The notes: generated from the letters alone by a model not told the origin. A DNA stretch of 64,000 nt from an uncultured Candidatus Binatia bacterium (GCA_965214605.1 OZ243961.1:1856001-1920000), one strand, 5' to 3'; positions 38,821 to 49,599 are shown, counted from the stretch's first letter. Numbers and translations are program-made.

Positions 38821-41340
38821 CTAAAACAGCGAACTAAAACGGTTGCCACCACCACTCTGGCCGATACCGCCAAAACCACCGAACGAAAAGTGAACGCTAC
38901 TGGTGCGCTCATCCTTCTTGGCGTTCAGCGGTCTTCCCAACTCGATTCGAATCGGACCAAACGGTGATTTCCATCGCACTCCCGCTCCAACAGAATAGCG
39001 TAAATCGCCAAGGTCGATACCTTGGACGTTGGTAAAAGCGTTTCCAATGTCGTTAAACAGCACCCCTTTAAGGTTGAGGGCCGGGACAAGCGGGACAAGG
39101 ATTTCATTGTTAATAATCAGCTGGTGGCTCCCACCGATAGGACGACGATAGGTGCGTTCTTTTCGCCCATCAGGCGAGCCACCGTCACTGACCACGACCA
39201 CCACTTCCTCACGAGGACCAAGGCTCCGCTCACCAAAGCCCCGAATCGAGTTGATTCCGCCGGGGAAGTAACGATCAAACAAGGGCACATCATCCTTTAA
39301 GATGCGCGTACGTTGACTCGCAATGTGACGATTTTCAGTAAAGTCGATATCGCCCATGCCATAGCCGAAGACGCCGCCAGTCATCAGAGTGAACTGGCCA
39401 AAGCTGCGGCTACGCCAAATGGGCAAAAAGTAACGTCCCTCAAGCTCAATCTTGGTGTAATCGGCACTTCCGCCGGGGCCGGCATAGGAGAAGGAGATTT
39501 GTTGTAGCGATCCGGCTGTCGGCTCAAAGGGGTGGTTCAGCGTATCCCGCATGAGCACCGGCGAAATCAAGGAGGCGATTTGCGACCCCCGCTCGGCGCG
39601 GACGGCGTCCGGCGTAATCGGATCAAAGTTACTAATCCGCGACCGTTCCCATTGATACTGGAAACCAACCTCCACATCTCTCAACGAATAGCCCCAGAGC
39701 GAACTATAGCCCAGAGCGGTTAGGGGATAGAAAAGTCGGAAGCCGCCGCCAGTTCCTGAGCGGTCAAAGTCTTCAAAGACGAACCGCCAGTCAAACATCT
39801 CCAGCCCAAGGCGCAGGTGGGTATCCATGAGATATGGATCCATGAAATTGATCTGCGTATTCCGATACCGGGTTCCTATGCTGCCCCCGACAATGAGCCG
39901 CTGACCACGCCCCATGAAGTTATTTTCCTGAATCCGGGCATTGCCGACCACACTGGTTGCCGAGTTAAACCCGGCCCCTATGCTAAACGAGCCGGTCTGG
40001 GCTTCTTTGACATCGACCAACACGTTCAGCAGATCTTTTCGTTTGCCCCGCTGGGTGGTCAGATTGACATCGTCGAACAGCCCCAGCCGCCTCACCTGGT
40101 CACGGCTGAACTGGAGTGCCGAGGCGGCAAACAGACTTTGCTCAACAATCGACAGTTCGCGCCGAATGACTTTGTCTCGAGTTTTGCGATTGCCGGCAAT
40201 AGCGATCTGGTCGATGTAGACCTCAGGCCCCTTATTCACTCGGTATGAGACATGCACGAGCTTCTCGTCAGGCTGGACATCGGTTTCCGGCTCAACGTTG
40301 ACAAAGGCGTAGCCCTGGTCACTAAAATACCCGGTCAGGTTGAACACATCGTCGCGCAGTACACTGGCCTTAAACGTTCGCTTTGAGCGCAAGGTCAAGA
40401 CCTGCTTTGCCGCGACTTCGCCTCCCACAACATCGCCCACGACCCGAACCTCACCGACTTTATACTTCGGCCCCTCCTCAAGGCGGATGGTAACGACCAA
40501 GCCCTCTCCACGGTGTGTCACCTCCGGCTCATCAATACGGACATTGATATACCCATTATCATAATACCATGCCGTCAAGCGTTCGACATCAGTCTTAAGC
40601 GCTTCGTTACTCAGCACGCCAAACGGGAGAAAACGAGACAACCAGTTCTTCTTCTTGGTCTGCATAAAGCCAGCGAGAATCTTATCAGAGAAAGCCTGGT
40701 TGCCCTCAAAAACAATATCAATCACGCTCGTTTTTGTGTTCTCAGAAATCGTAAAAGAGACGACTGTTTCACGGTTGACCGTCGATTCGGTCCGGTACGA
40801 GACGTCTGTATCTAGATAACCTTTTTTCTCGTACAAGGCTTTGACATCGAGAATTCCACGGCGGATTCTGATTGGATTTAGAATGGTCCGTGGATGGATT
40901 TTTAGCTCTGTCAGGATCTCTTCTTGGCTGACCCTCTTATACCCTTCCACCCGAACCTGACGAATAAGCGGGCGTTCCCACACCCAGTACGTCAACACAT
41001 TTTGGCCGTCGTGCTTGTCCAGACGAGCCTCGATATTCTTGAAGAAGCCCATCTCGTAGATCGATCGGATATCCTCATCGACCGTCTCAAGGTTGAGCGG
41101 ATGGCCGGGCCGGGATGATACACGAATGCGAATCGCCTCAGTATCGACCTGCTCATTGCCGCCGATCGCAATTGCGCTCAGAATCGTCTGCTGAGTCGGT
41201 GCTTCGGCTGGTGCTGAATCCGCAGGAGGGCGAGGCGGTTGACCCGTCGCTGATGTTTCTCCCTGCCCTTGACCGGGAAGACCGAGCAGGGCGAGGCTCA
41301 GGGTCGGGACCAGCCACCATACTCTCAATATTCCCCCCAT
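38821..41340 (-). CDS. bamA: Outer membrane protein assembly factor BamA
   Basis: POTRA repeats (GN..TRDKVIRRE), SIRGF, WKSPFGPIRI. Confidence 0.96.
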   Translation of the reverse strand: MGGILRVWWLVPTLSLALLGLPGQGQGETSATGQPPRPPADSAPAEAPTQQTILSAIAIGGNEQVDTEAIRIRVSSRPGHPLNLETVDEDIRSIYEMGFFKNIEARLDKHDGQNVLTYWVWERPLIRQVRVEGYKRVSQEEILTELKIHPRTILNPIRIRRGILDVKALYEKKGYLDTDVSYRTESTVNRETVVSFTISENTKTSVIDIVFEGNQAFSDKILAGFMQTKKKNWLSRFLPFGVLSNEALKTDVERLTAWYYDNGYINVRIDEPEVTHRGEGLVVTIRLEEGPKYKVGEVRVVGDVVGGEVAAKQVLTLRSKRTFKASVLRDDVFNLTGYFSDQGYAFVNVEPETDVQPDEKLVHVSYRVNKGPEVYIDQIAIAGNRKTRDKVIRRELSIVEQSLFAASALQFSRDQVRRLGLFDDVNLTTQRGKRKDLLNVLVDVKEAQTGSFSIGAGFNSATSVVGNARIQENNFMGRGQRLIVGGSIGTRYRNTQINFMDPYLMDTHLRLGLEMFDWRFVFEDFDRSGTGGGFRLFYPLTALGYSSLWGYSLRDVEVGFQYQWERSRISNFDPITPDAVRAERGSQIASLISPVLMRDTLNHPFEPTAGSLQQISFSYAGPGGSADYTKIELEGRYFLPIWRSRSFGQFTLMTGGVFGYGMGDIDFTENRHIASQRTRILKDDVPLFDRYFPGGINSIRGFGERSLGPREEVVVVVSDGGSPDGRKERTYRRPIGGSHQLIINNEILVPLVPALNLKGVLFNDIGNAFTNVQGIDLGDLRYSVGAGVRWKSPFGPIRIELGRPLNAKKDERTSSVHFSFGGFGGIGQSGGGNRFSSLF

Positions 41341-41415
41341 TTGCGCACCTTTCCCCAGTCGGTCTCCCCTAACAAAATCTCCTCAGATTGTAAAGCCGTT
41401 CAGCCTGACTGAGAG

Positions 41416-42129
41416 CTAGCCGGGGCTGGGGTGAGCCCCGGCTTGGAACGGGAGCTCACGCAGCAGGCCCGCCTCAAGCCGGAGCGTCCGACTCATCAAG
41501 GCCGCCACTTTTTCGTTATGGGTCACAATCACCAGAGTGATGCTCCTAGCCTGATTCAGATTGAGCAACAGCTGCAAGACGCTCTCCCCAGTGTCAAGAT
41601 CAAGATTTCCCGTCGGCTCATCGGCCAACACCAGGTGGGGTTGTAGCACCAGCGCGCGTGCCACGGCAACCCGCTGCTGCTCGCCCCCAGACAGTTCTCC
41701 AGGCCGGTGTGTCAGCCGATCCTTGAGCCCAACTTGCTCGAGAATTTCAATCGCTCGCCGGTTGGCCTCAGAGCGATGTACTCGGGCGATCAATCCGGGC
41801 AACATGACGTTCTCAACAGCGCTAAAATCGGACAACAAATGATGGAACTGAAAAATAAATCCGATTTTCCGGTTGCGCAGTACAGCCAACTCCTCGCTCG
41901 GCAAGGCAAAAACGTCCTGGCCGTCTAGCCATACCTTGCCCGCGCTGGGGCGATCAAGCGTGCCGAGAATGTGGAGCAAGGTACTTTTACCAGCCCCAGA
42001 CTCACCAATAATAGCGATGCGTTCCGCCCGTCGGACGTCGAAGTTCAGCCCGCTCAAGACCTGGATCGCTTGTTCCTGCTCGCCGTAGTGTTTGCTGAGC
42101 TGCTCAGCTCGAATCAGAACCTGCGTCAC
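41416..42129 (-). CDS. lolD: Lipoprotein-releasing ABC ATPase
   Basis: GESGAGKST, IGFIFQFHHLL, LSGGEQQRVAVARA, DEPTGNLD; likely GTG start 42129. Confidence 0.93.
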   Translation of the reverse strand: MTQVLIRAEQLSKHYGEQEQAIQVLSGLNFDVRRAERIAIIGESGAGKSTLLHILGTLDRPSAGKVWLDGQDVFALPSEELAVLRNRKIGFIFQFHHLLSDFSAVENVMLPGLIARVHRSEANRRAIEILEQVGLKDRLTHRPGELSGGEQQRVAVARALVLQPHLVLADEPTGNLDLDTGESVLQLLLNLNQARSITLVIVTHNEKVAALMSRTLRLEAGLLRELPFQAGAHPSPG

Positions 42130-42192
42130 ACCGTCTCTTTTGGCATATGGATCGTGCTCTCTTCCCTGTCTAACGGTCAGGATGATCCACAT

Positions 42193-43458
42193 TTATTCGT
42201 AGCGGATGACTTCAACCGGCGCTAAACGGGCAGCCTGACGGGCGGGGTAAATCGTTGCGCCCAAGCAGATAACGATGGAGGCCAGGCCAACGATCAGAAA
42301 ATTGTGGAGAGACATCTTGATAGGCACGGTCGAAACATACCACACGTCGGGTGGGAGCTCGATGAACTCGTAGCGCTGGAGCAACCAGCACAGGATAAAA
42401 CCCGTCAGCGTCCCCAAGAGCGTGCCAATCAGTCCAATAATCAGTCCTTTGTAGACGAAAATCCGACCGATCGCCGCATCCGAAGCCCCCATCGATTTCA
42501 GCAGAGCAATATCTTTACGTTTTTCCATAACAACCATGATCAGGGTCGCAATGATGTTAAACGCGGCAACCAGCACGATCAGCAATATCACAATCGAATA
42601 CACAAATTTTTCAAGGCTCAGGGCCGTAAACAGGTTACGGTTGATTTCGGTCCAATCGCGGGCCTTGTAGGGAAAACCGAGCAGATCCTCAATCTGTCGG
42701 GCAATCGGCTGCGCGTTGTACACTTCCTGGAGCCGAATTTCAAGCCCAGACACCTGTTGGCCGAGTTTGAAGAACTGCTGGGCATCCTGAAGGGCCATAT
42801 AGAGCAGACCACTATCGTACTCGACCATGCCGGCATCGAACAGGCCAACCACCACAAAGCGTTTCAAACGAGGCGCTATGCCGAGCGGTCCAGGGGTGCC
42901 GCCAATGGGAGAGAACAGGGTAATCGGATCGCCAAGTAAGAGGCCAAGCTGATCGGCTAGCTCCTCACCGATCACAATCCCTGGTAGCTCAACGCTGTGC
43001 TGGGTCGTGCCATTGTGAACGCTCACCACCTGCTTTTGGCCGAGCTGGGCAAGATCCCCCTCTTTCATATGATTGGCGATATTGACCACCGCGCTAGCCA
43101 GGGCAGGTTCGACCCCGCGCACGACAACCCCAGACACTCCACGTTGTGAACTGACCATCACCTGGCCGTAGAGGAAAGGCGCGGTCGCGGCGATCCCTGG
43201 CACCTGACGTATCTGTTCCATCACCGACTCATAGGCGTCTAGGGGACCATTCAGGCTGGACAGCAGGATATGTGGATTAAAGCCCAGAATCCGACTCCGT
43301 AAATCTTCTTCAAACCCGGTCATAATAGCCAGGGTGACATTGAGCACCATCACCCCAATTAAAACCCCGAGGGTCGATATCGTTGTAATCAGAGAAATAA
43401 AAATCTCACGCCGCTTAGCGCGCAGATAGCGGAAGCTGATAAAGAGTTCGTAGTGCAC
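42193..43458 (-). CDS. lolC: Lipoprotein-releasing ABC permease LolC/E
   Basis: RYLRAKR..FISLI, IMTGFE, VAAFNI, DIALLKSMGA, YPARQAA..PVEVIRYE; likely start 43458. Confidence 0.92.
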   Translation of the reverse strand: MHYELFISFRYLRAKRREIFISLITTISTLGVLIGVMVLNVTLAIMTGFEEDLRSRILGFNPHILLSSLNGPLDAYESVMEQIRQVPGIAATAPFLYGQVMVSSQRGVSGVVVRGVEPALASAVVNIANHMKEGDLAQLGQKQVVSVHNGTTQHSVELPGIVIGEELADQLGLLLGDPITLFSPIGGTPGPLGIAPRLKRFVVVGLFDAGMVEYDSGLLYMALQDAQQFFKLGQQVSGLEIRLQEVYNAQPIARQIEDLLGFPYKARDWTEINRNLFTALSLEKFVYSIVILLIVLVAAFNIIATLIMVVMEKRKDIALLKSMGASDAAIGRIFVYKGLIIGLIGTLLGTLTGFILCWLLQRYEFIELPPDVWYVSTVPIKMSLHNFLIVGLASIVICLGATIYPARQAARLAPVEVIRYE

Positions 43459-43689
43459 GGAAAAAAATCGCTCTCGGGCCGGATATATCCCTGATTCTTC
43501 TGAGGAATTAAAATTTATAGCAGAAAATTTCAGACAACGCTTGCAATAGACGACGCCATGGGCTGTGAGATGGATGAAGGTGGCGGGACTGAGAGGAGAC
43601 GATATTTCCAGACGCTGCTGGTTTATTGTAGCCCGTGGACGCTGAACAGCCTCTCTAGAGACCTCTCTGTGGATCACCTGTGAGCAGTG

Positions 43690-44769
43690 CTAGTCTTTGA
43701 CAACTTCGACCCAACGTTCCGTGTGGGCGACGACCTCGCCAATCACGGCAGCGGCTGAAATACCGGCATTCTTGAGCGCTTGCACACAGGCGCCCGCCTC
43801 AGACTCAGGAACGGCCATGAGCAAGCCGCCCGAGGTTTGTGGGTCAAAGGCCACTTCATCAAGCTCGGCGGCAACCTGCGGGGATACGTCAACTTTATCG
43901 GCCAGATAGGTCCTGTTACGTTTGCAACCGCCGGTAGTATAGCCCTCGCCGGCCAGGCGCAGCGCGCCCGGCAAAATCGGGAAATGGGCGGCCCGCAACC
44001 GGAGGCTGACCCCACTCCCGTGCGCCATCTCATATCCGTGGCCCATCAGGCTAAACCCACTCACATCGGTACACGCGTGGACCGTATAGCGCGCCATGAC
44101 GTGGCTGGCGGTTCGGTTCAGGCTCAGCATCGAATCAACCACGGCCGCGTATTCCGTATCTTGGAGGTGGCGGCGTTTGAGAGCCGTTGTCACAATACCC
44201 GTGCCAAGCGGTTTGGTCAGGAGCAGCACATCGCCTACCTGAGCGCCGACGTTGCGAACCACGCGTTGGGGGTGAACCACTCCGGTCACGGCCAAACCGT
44301 ATTTAATCTCATCATCGGCAACCGAATGCCCCCCGACGAGCACCGCCCCAGCCTCGCGTACTTTTTCGGCCCCACCCTGGAGGATTTCGGCCAGCACCAT
44401 CTTGTCGATGCCATCCTGGGGAAAGCAGACGATATTCATCGCCGTTTTTGGTTCGCCACCCATGGCGTACACATCGCTGAGCGAGTTGGTGGCTGAAATA
44501 CGCCCATAGGTGTACGGATCATCCACCACTGGGGTAAAAAAATCGACCGTATTAATAATGGCCACGTCATCCCGTAACCGGAAAACACCGGCATCATCAG
44601 AGGTCTCAACACCAACCAACAGATCGGGATGCCGCTCAGTGGAGAGCTTGCTCAGGACGTGTTCGAGGTCCGCCGGACCCAATTTCCCTGCTCAACCGGC
44701 GGCTTTCACTTTTTCGGTCAAGCGTATTCTGCAACGCTGATCCTCAGCCTGCGGATGTGTTGTCGTCAT
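43690..44769 (-). CDS. selD: Selenide,water dikinase, selenocysteine-containing (UGA at codon 26)
   Basis: ATG at 44769 reads ...LTEKVKAAG-TGA-AGKLGP in frame with the 330-aa ORF; DDAGV, TVDFFTP, NSLSDVYAMGG, GGHS, DPQTSGGLL. Confidence 0.93.
44650..44691 (-). promoter_or_regulatory. Putative bacterial SECIS element of selD
   Basis: Immediately 3' of the UGA: GCAGGGAAATTG-GGTCC-GGC-GGACC-TCG, a stem-loop with a G-containing loop. Confidence 0.6.
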
Positions 44770-44804
44770 AGTGTCCTTTACGGTGTAGGTCTTGCCAGGT
44801 GTCT

Positions 44805-46724
44805 CTAGGCTTTTCGCAATTTCCGAACATCGCCAACCCGCAGCGTCAGCCCGGTACGGTCAAAGTACTCCAGTAACGGGATAGCTGTTCTCCGACTAAT
44901 CCCCAGCATATCCCGAAATGTTGCGGCCGATATTTCTCCGTGACCGGTGAGCTGTTCGACCAGGACAGCCCGGGCCCGCTCTAGACTCGTCCAACTCAAG
45001 TAAAATTCTGCGGCAACCTTCACCACCTTATGTTGGGACTCTAAAACGCCGAGCAAGTCTCCGAGCTGCTTGCGCGAGACGGCCAGCTTTGCCTCCAAGT
45101 CTTTGACCTCCGGCGGCGTCAAACCACCGTCGACCAACAGCCGCTCAAGGCTGGCACTCAGAATTTGCTCATCCTCGCTTAATTCCACACGATGCGACGG
45201 CAGGCGGAGCGTGCTCTGCTCGCGCCTAACGCTGTTCTCGGCGACGAATTTATCTATCACCGCCCGAAAAATTTTGGGCGAAAAGGCAAGCTGGCTGCGC
45301 AGCGACTCCAGCTCCATGCCTCGGGCCAGGGGCGTACGGGCATGAAAGTCGGTCAGGATACGATCTACCGCTGTGGTGAGCCGCTGCCACTTGCTGAGCG
45401 CCGCGTATGCCTCAGGATGATCGGCGTCCGGCAGGGGAAAGATATCCGCATCGTTGAGCAAGAGTGGAGCGACTTCTTTTTCCTGAGCGTTGACTCCCAA
45501 ATAAATGTCCTCAAGTGAAACGGCAAACTCGGGCCGAACTTCAATATAGGCGCGACAGGCTTGGAGGAGGTCGGTCGTCCGTAGCAGCGCCAGCTGCTCT
45601 TGTATGCTGCCCTGCTCGGCCGACCGAGTCCGCAATCGACGATGCCGCGTGGCAAAGGGGTTGACGACCTCGCCGCCCCCAAGCGTGGCTTGGGCAGTTT
45701 GATTGCGCAGAATAAAGCGGTCGCCGCGCAGGGCAAGTACCGCCTCTTCTAGGACAATCTGGGCAAAGGCGGTCGAGCGGGGAGCTAGGCTGTCTTGACC
45801 TCCTAGCAGGATGATTTTCCCGAGCGCCTCAGCCGTTCCAACGTGCACCCGGACCCGCTCATGGTTGACGACCTCGTGCTTGGCCCCAGGTCTGATCTCA
45901 ACCCAGGCGTCAAAGCGCTGGGTCGTGCGGGTAATGTTCGGATGACACACCACATGGCCGCGCGTAATGGCGCTCTTTTCCAGACCAGCCAGATTGAGCG
46001 CCACTCGCTGGCCCCAGTTGGCTTTGGAGACCGCTTTGCCATGCACCTGCACCGAGCGCACCCGGGTCTGCTCTCCGCCGGGAAGGATCCTGACGGTCCC
46101 TCCCCTCTCCACGCTTCCGGCGGTTGCCGTACCCGTCACCACCACGCCATGTCCCTTCATCACAAACGCCCGGTCGACCGGCAGCCGAAAATAGCCCGGC
46201 AGGACCGGCCGTTCATAGCCGGCCAGTTGATCCGCGATAGTGTCGCGGAGTTCTTCAATACCCCGACCGGTCACAGAAGAAACCGCCACCACCGGTGCGC
46301 CCTCCAGAGTGGTGTCAAGGCTCAGGATTTCGATCTCTTCGTGGACATCGGCCAGGCGGGCGGCATCAACGAGGTCGGCTTTGGTAATGACAAAGATCCC
46401 ATTTTTGAGATCCAACAAATGTAAAAAATCCAGGTGCTCTTCGCTCTGCGGCATAACGCCGTCATCTGCCGCTACGGTGAATAAGACCAGATCAATGCCG
46501 TGCGCCCCGGCCAACATATTTCGAATGAAACGTTCGTGGCCGGGCACGTCGATAATCCCCGCTCGCTCACCATTGGGCAGGTCCAGATACGCAAATCCCA
46601 GTTCAATAGAGATGCCGCGTTCCTGTTCCTCCTGGAGACGGTCAGTGTCGTGGCCGGTCAGGGCTTTAATCAAGGCCGTTTTTCCGTGGTCGATATGACC
46701 GGCAGTCCCAATAACGTGTGGCAT
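44805..46724 (-). CDS. selB: Selenocysteine-specific elongation factor
   Basis: GTAGHIDHGKT, DVPGHERF, TKAD, C-terminal winged helix FRDMLGISRRTAIPLLEYFD; start MPHVIG at 46724. Confidence 0.97.
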   Translation of the reverse strand: MPHVIGTAGHIDHGKTALIKALTGHDTDRLQEEQERGISIELGFAYLDLPNGERAGIIDVPGHERFIRNMLAGAHGIDLVLFTVAADDGVMPQSEEHLDFLHLLDLKNGIFVITKADLVDAARLADVHEEIEILSLDTTLEGAPVVAVSSVTGRGIEELRDTIADQLAGYERPVLPGYFRLPVDRAFVMKGHGVVVTGTATAGSVERGGTVRILPGGEQTRVRSVQVHGKAVSKANWGQRVALNLAGLEKSAITRGHVVCHPNITRTTQRFDAWVEIRPGAKHEVVNHERVRVHVGTAEALGKIILLGGQDSLAPRSTAFAQIVLEEAVLALRGDRFILRNQTAQATLGGGEVVNPFATRHRRLRTRSAEQGSIQEQLALLRTTDLLQACRAYIEVRPEFAVSLEDIYLGVNAQEKEVAPLLLNDADIFPLPDADHPEAYAALSKWQRLTTAVDRILTDFHARTPLARGMELESLRSQLAFSPKIFRAVIDKFVAENSVRREQSTLRLPSHRVELSEDEQILSASLERLLVDGGLTPPEVKDLEAKLAVSRKQLGDLLGVLESQHKVVKVAAEFYLSWTSLERARAVLVEQLTGHGEISAATFRDMLGISRRTAIPLLEYFDRTGLTLRVGDVRKLRKA

Positions 46725-47426
46725 GAGGTTACTCCCGCGCAGGCGAGCGGTATTCGCAAAGAGGGCTTGCAGAAACACCCTGTCTTGAGTGACGCCCGCG
46801 CAGGCAAGGGGTATTCTGGCAAAAAGGACAGGAAAAAGGAATCCCACCGTGGGGGCCCCCCGCACGGGTCAGTCTGAATTGTCTTTCTCTCCTGAGAGAG
46901 TCCCCTATTCTCCACAACCAAGAAGGATGGTCCCACCCTTGGGAATCTCCGTTAGCGGCAACGTCAATCTGTCTACGGGTGGGATTGTTCCCGGGACCGA
47001 CCTCCGGTCAGCTTAAACTGCCCCACAGGGAGGGGCCTTGCCCAAGGCTCACAGCCCGCTGGGGCAGCTGAGGCGCGGCCGACCGGACGAGTGAGCCCGG
47101 CATGACGAGCGGCAACGTCTCAATGGGGAGAAGGCAGAATTTCTCTTTGCGGCCAACCTGGCGAGATAATGGATGTTGTCGGCCGGGAAGGCGGCGACCT
47201 CATCGAAGCTGAGGTGTTCCTGTTGACTCCCCAATCCGGACATCGATAACTCTCCCCACTTCTCCTTAATGGAGCTGAAGGAGAGCTCTTCATACCCGGT
47301 GCTGCCGCCAGTCTGCATATCCGCGCGCTCATCACCTCCGATTTGGCCATCCGGACATTTTACTCGCTCTGGTGACGTGTTTGCGGGAGTTCTTCATTGT
47401 TCGTTGCCATTGGTGCTGCCTTCTGC

Positions 47427-49064
47427 TTAGCTGCCAGCGTCCGCGCGTTCAATCTTATCCACCAGAAAGGCCGCGACCTGGTTGAGGCTGATACGCTCCT
47501 GCTGGAGGGAGTCACGGTGACGCACGGTAACGGTCTGGTCGCTCAGGGTCTGGCCGTCAATGGTAAAGCAGTACGGGGTGCCAGCCTCGTCCATGCGCGC
47601 GTAGCGCTTACCAATGCTCTGTTTTGCGTCGGTCTGGACGGCATACTTGGGTCGCAGTTCGTGGTAGAGCTTATTGGCAATCTCAGGCATGTTTTCTTTA
47701 TTGACCAGCGGAAAGATGGCGGCCTTGATCGGGGCGAGCCGGGGGTGGAATTTCATGTACACCTTGCTGGGCCGCTGGTCATCAGGTGTGTAGGCTTCAC
47801 ACAGCACGGCTAAGGTGCCACGGTCAGCCCCGGCGCTGGGCTCAATGACATGCGGGAAATAGCGTTCGTTGCGGTCCGGGTCAAAGTAGCGCAGCTTATC
47901 GCCCTGTCCACAATGAACGGCGTGTTGGCGGAGATCGTAGTCGGCACGGTGAGAAACACCTTCTAGCTCGCCATAGCCGGGGGCAGTGAACGGGAAGCGA
48001 TATTCAACGTCGCTCGTTCCCGCTCCTTCTCTGGCGTAGTGGGCGAGTTCATCTGGGTCGTGCTCGCGCAGAGTCAGGTTCTCACCGGCCAGGCCAATCG
48101 CTTGCCACCAGCGAAACCGCGTATTGCGCCAATACTGGTACCATTCCTCAGCCTGCTGGGGGTGAATAAAGAACTCCAGTTCCATCTGCTCAAACTCGCG
48201 AGAACGAAACGTGAAGTTGCGCGGGGTGACCTCGTTGCGAAATGCCTTGCCGATCTGGGCAATACCAAACGGCACTTTCACCCGGTTGCTATCCAACACA
48301 TTCCAGAACTGGGTGAAAATGCCCTGTGCGGTCTCCGGCCGGAGGTAGGCGACTGCAGACGGGTCTTCGACCGCACCGGTTGTTGTCTTGAACATAAGAT
48401 TGAACGGTTTTGGATCGGTGATTTCCCCACCACAAAATGGACATGGGAGCAGTTCTGTGTCCGCCTGGTCGGTGGCCAGCACGTGGACAAGTTGTCTCAA
48501 ATCAACACGCAGCGGCTCGTCCGCTTCCCTGTCGGCGGCCAACCGAGAGAGCGTTGTCGGTGGGTTTCTGACCAGCGCTAGGTTCGGGGCAAGCTTGCGG
48601 GCTTCGGTGTTGGCCCAACGCCTCAGGCCTGTGACACTCGGCCCATCCGCACCCGCCAGTGCGGCTAGCGAGGCATACCAGGCGCTCTCCTCGATCATCT
48701 CCCAGACGTGGTCATAGCGCAGGAGTTTTTTGCAGTGCCGGCAGGTACTCATCAGATCGGCAAAACCATCCAGGTGTCCCGATGCTTCCCAGACCTTGGG
48801 GTTCATGATGACGGTCGCGTCAACCGGAACGACAGCGATCGGCTTGCCGTCAGGACCGGCGGCTGGGCAGCGGACCACGTCCTGCCACCAGGCTTCCTTG
48901 AGGTTGCGTTTCAGCTCTGCACCGAGCGGACCGTAGTCCCAGAAACCATTGATGCCACCGTAGAGTTCGGACGACTGAAAAATGAAGCCGCGCCGTCTAC
49001 ACAGGGCAACGATGAAGTCCATGGATTTAGCTGCTGAGGCGGTCCGGGCGGTCGATTCATGCAT
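47427..49064 (-). CDS. glyQS: Glycine--tRNA ligase, alpha2 (GlyRS-1) type
   Basis: RRGFIFQSSELYGG, YLRPETAQGIF, FRNEVTPRNFTFRSREFEQME, IEPSAGADR, IGKRYARMDEAGTP. Confidence 0.96.
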   Translation of the reverse strand: MHESTARTASAAKSMDFIVALCRRRGFIFQSSELYGGINGFWDYGPLGAELKRNLKEAWWQDVVRCPAAGPDGKPIAVVPVDATVIMNPKVWEASGHLDGFADLMSTCRHCKKLLRYDHVWEMIEESAWYASLAALAGADGPSVTGLRRWANTEARKLAPNLALVRNPPTTLSRLAADREADEPLRVDLRQLVHVLATDQADTELLPCPFCGGEITDPKPFNLMFKTTTGAVEDPSAVAYLRPETAQGIFTQFWNVLDSNRVKVPFGIAQIGKAFRNEVTPRNFTFRSREFEQMELEFFIHPQQAEEWYQYWRNTRFRWWQAIGLAGENLTLREHDPDELAHYAREGAGTSDVEYRFPFTAPGYGELEGVSHRADYDLRQHAVHCGQGDKLRYFDPDRNERYFPHVIEPSAGADRGTLAVLCEAYTPDDQRPSKVYMKFHPRLAPIKAAIFPLVNKENMPEIANKLYHELRPKYAVQTDAKQSIGKRYARMDEAGTPYCFTIDGQTLSDQTVTVRHRDSLQQERISLNQVAAFLVDKIERADAGS

Positions 49065-49138
49065 AACAAGAACTCATCTTTCAGTGACGGGAATCAGAAA
49101 AACACGATAGGGGAAGGCCCAGAGTGGGCGCTGTAAGG

Positions 49139-49585
49139 CTAGTGTGCAGGCTTATTGCCGTGAAACTGAGAGAGCCGATCAATCACAAAGGCGCGCGAAT
49201 CGCTATAGTACAGGCCGCGCATTTTCAGCGCCCGTTTATTCGGTTCTTCGGCCAGCAATTCTTCCAGCAGATAGTCCGGGCCCCGGACATACATGCTTGG
49301 GGTTCGCAGGCGGAGATCGGCAAGAAAGCGCTCGCGGAGGAACCTGCGGCCGGAACTATGCAGACCGTGGAGGGCAAACAGGATTTTTTGTTTTTTCACC
49401 TCAAGGGTCAGGACATCGGGACCGGGCCAACTCTGAACCATACCGGTGAACTCGATCAGCTCGGTCCCTCTGGTGCTCATCTGAGCAACGAGCGGTGGGG
49501 CGAGCCACAACGGCAGGACTAGGCCACACAGCAAGGAGAGCGAGTTCTGAGCGGACAAGAGCAGCGTCAAGCGTTGTAATTTCAT
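49139..49585 (-). CDS. Hypothetical exported protein
   Basis: Hydrophobic N-terminus, co-oriented between CoA transferase and glyQS. Confidence 0.6.
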   Translation of the reverse strand: MKLQRLTLLLSAQNSLSLLCGLVLPLWLAPPLVAQMSTRGTELIEFTGMVQSWPGPDVLTLEVKKQKILFALHGLHSSGRRFLRERFLADLRLRTPSMYVRGPDYLLEELLAEEPNKRALKMRGLYYSDSRAFVIDRLSQFHGNKPAH

Positions 49586-49599
49586 CGTCTGATGTGGCT

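Noticed and set aside
46725-47426. tRNA-Sec (selC) next to selB
   Set aside because: No cloverleaf with a TCA anticodon found on either strand
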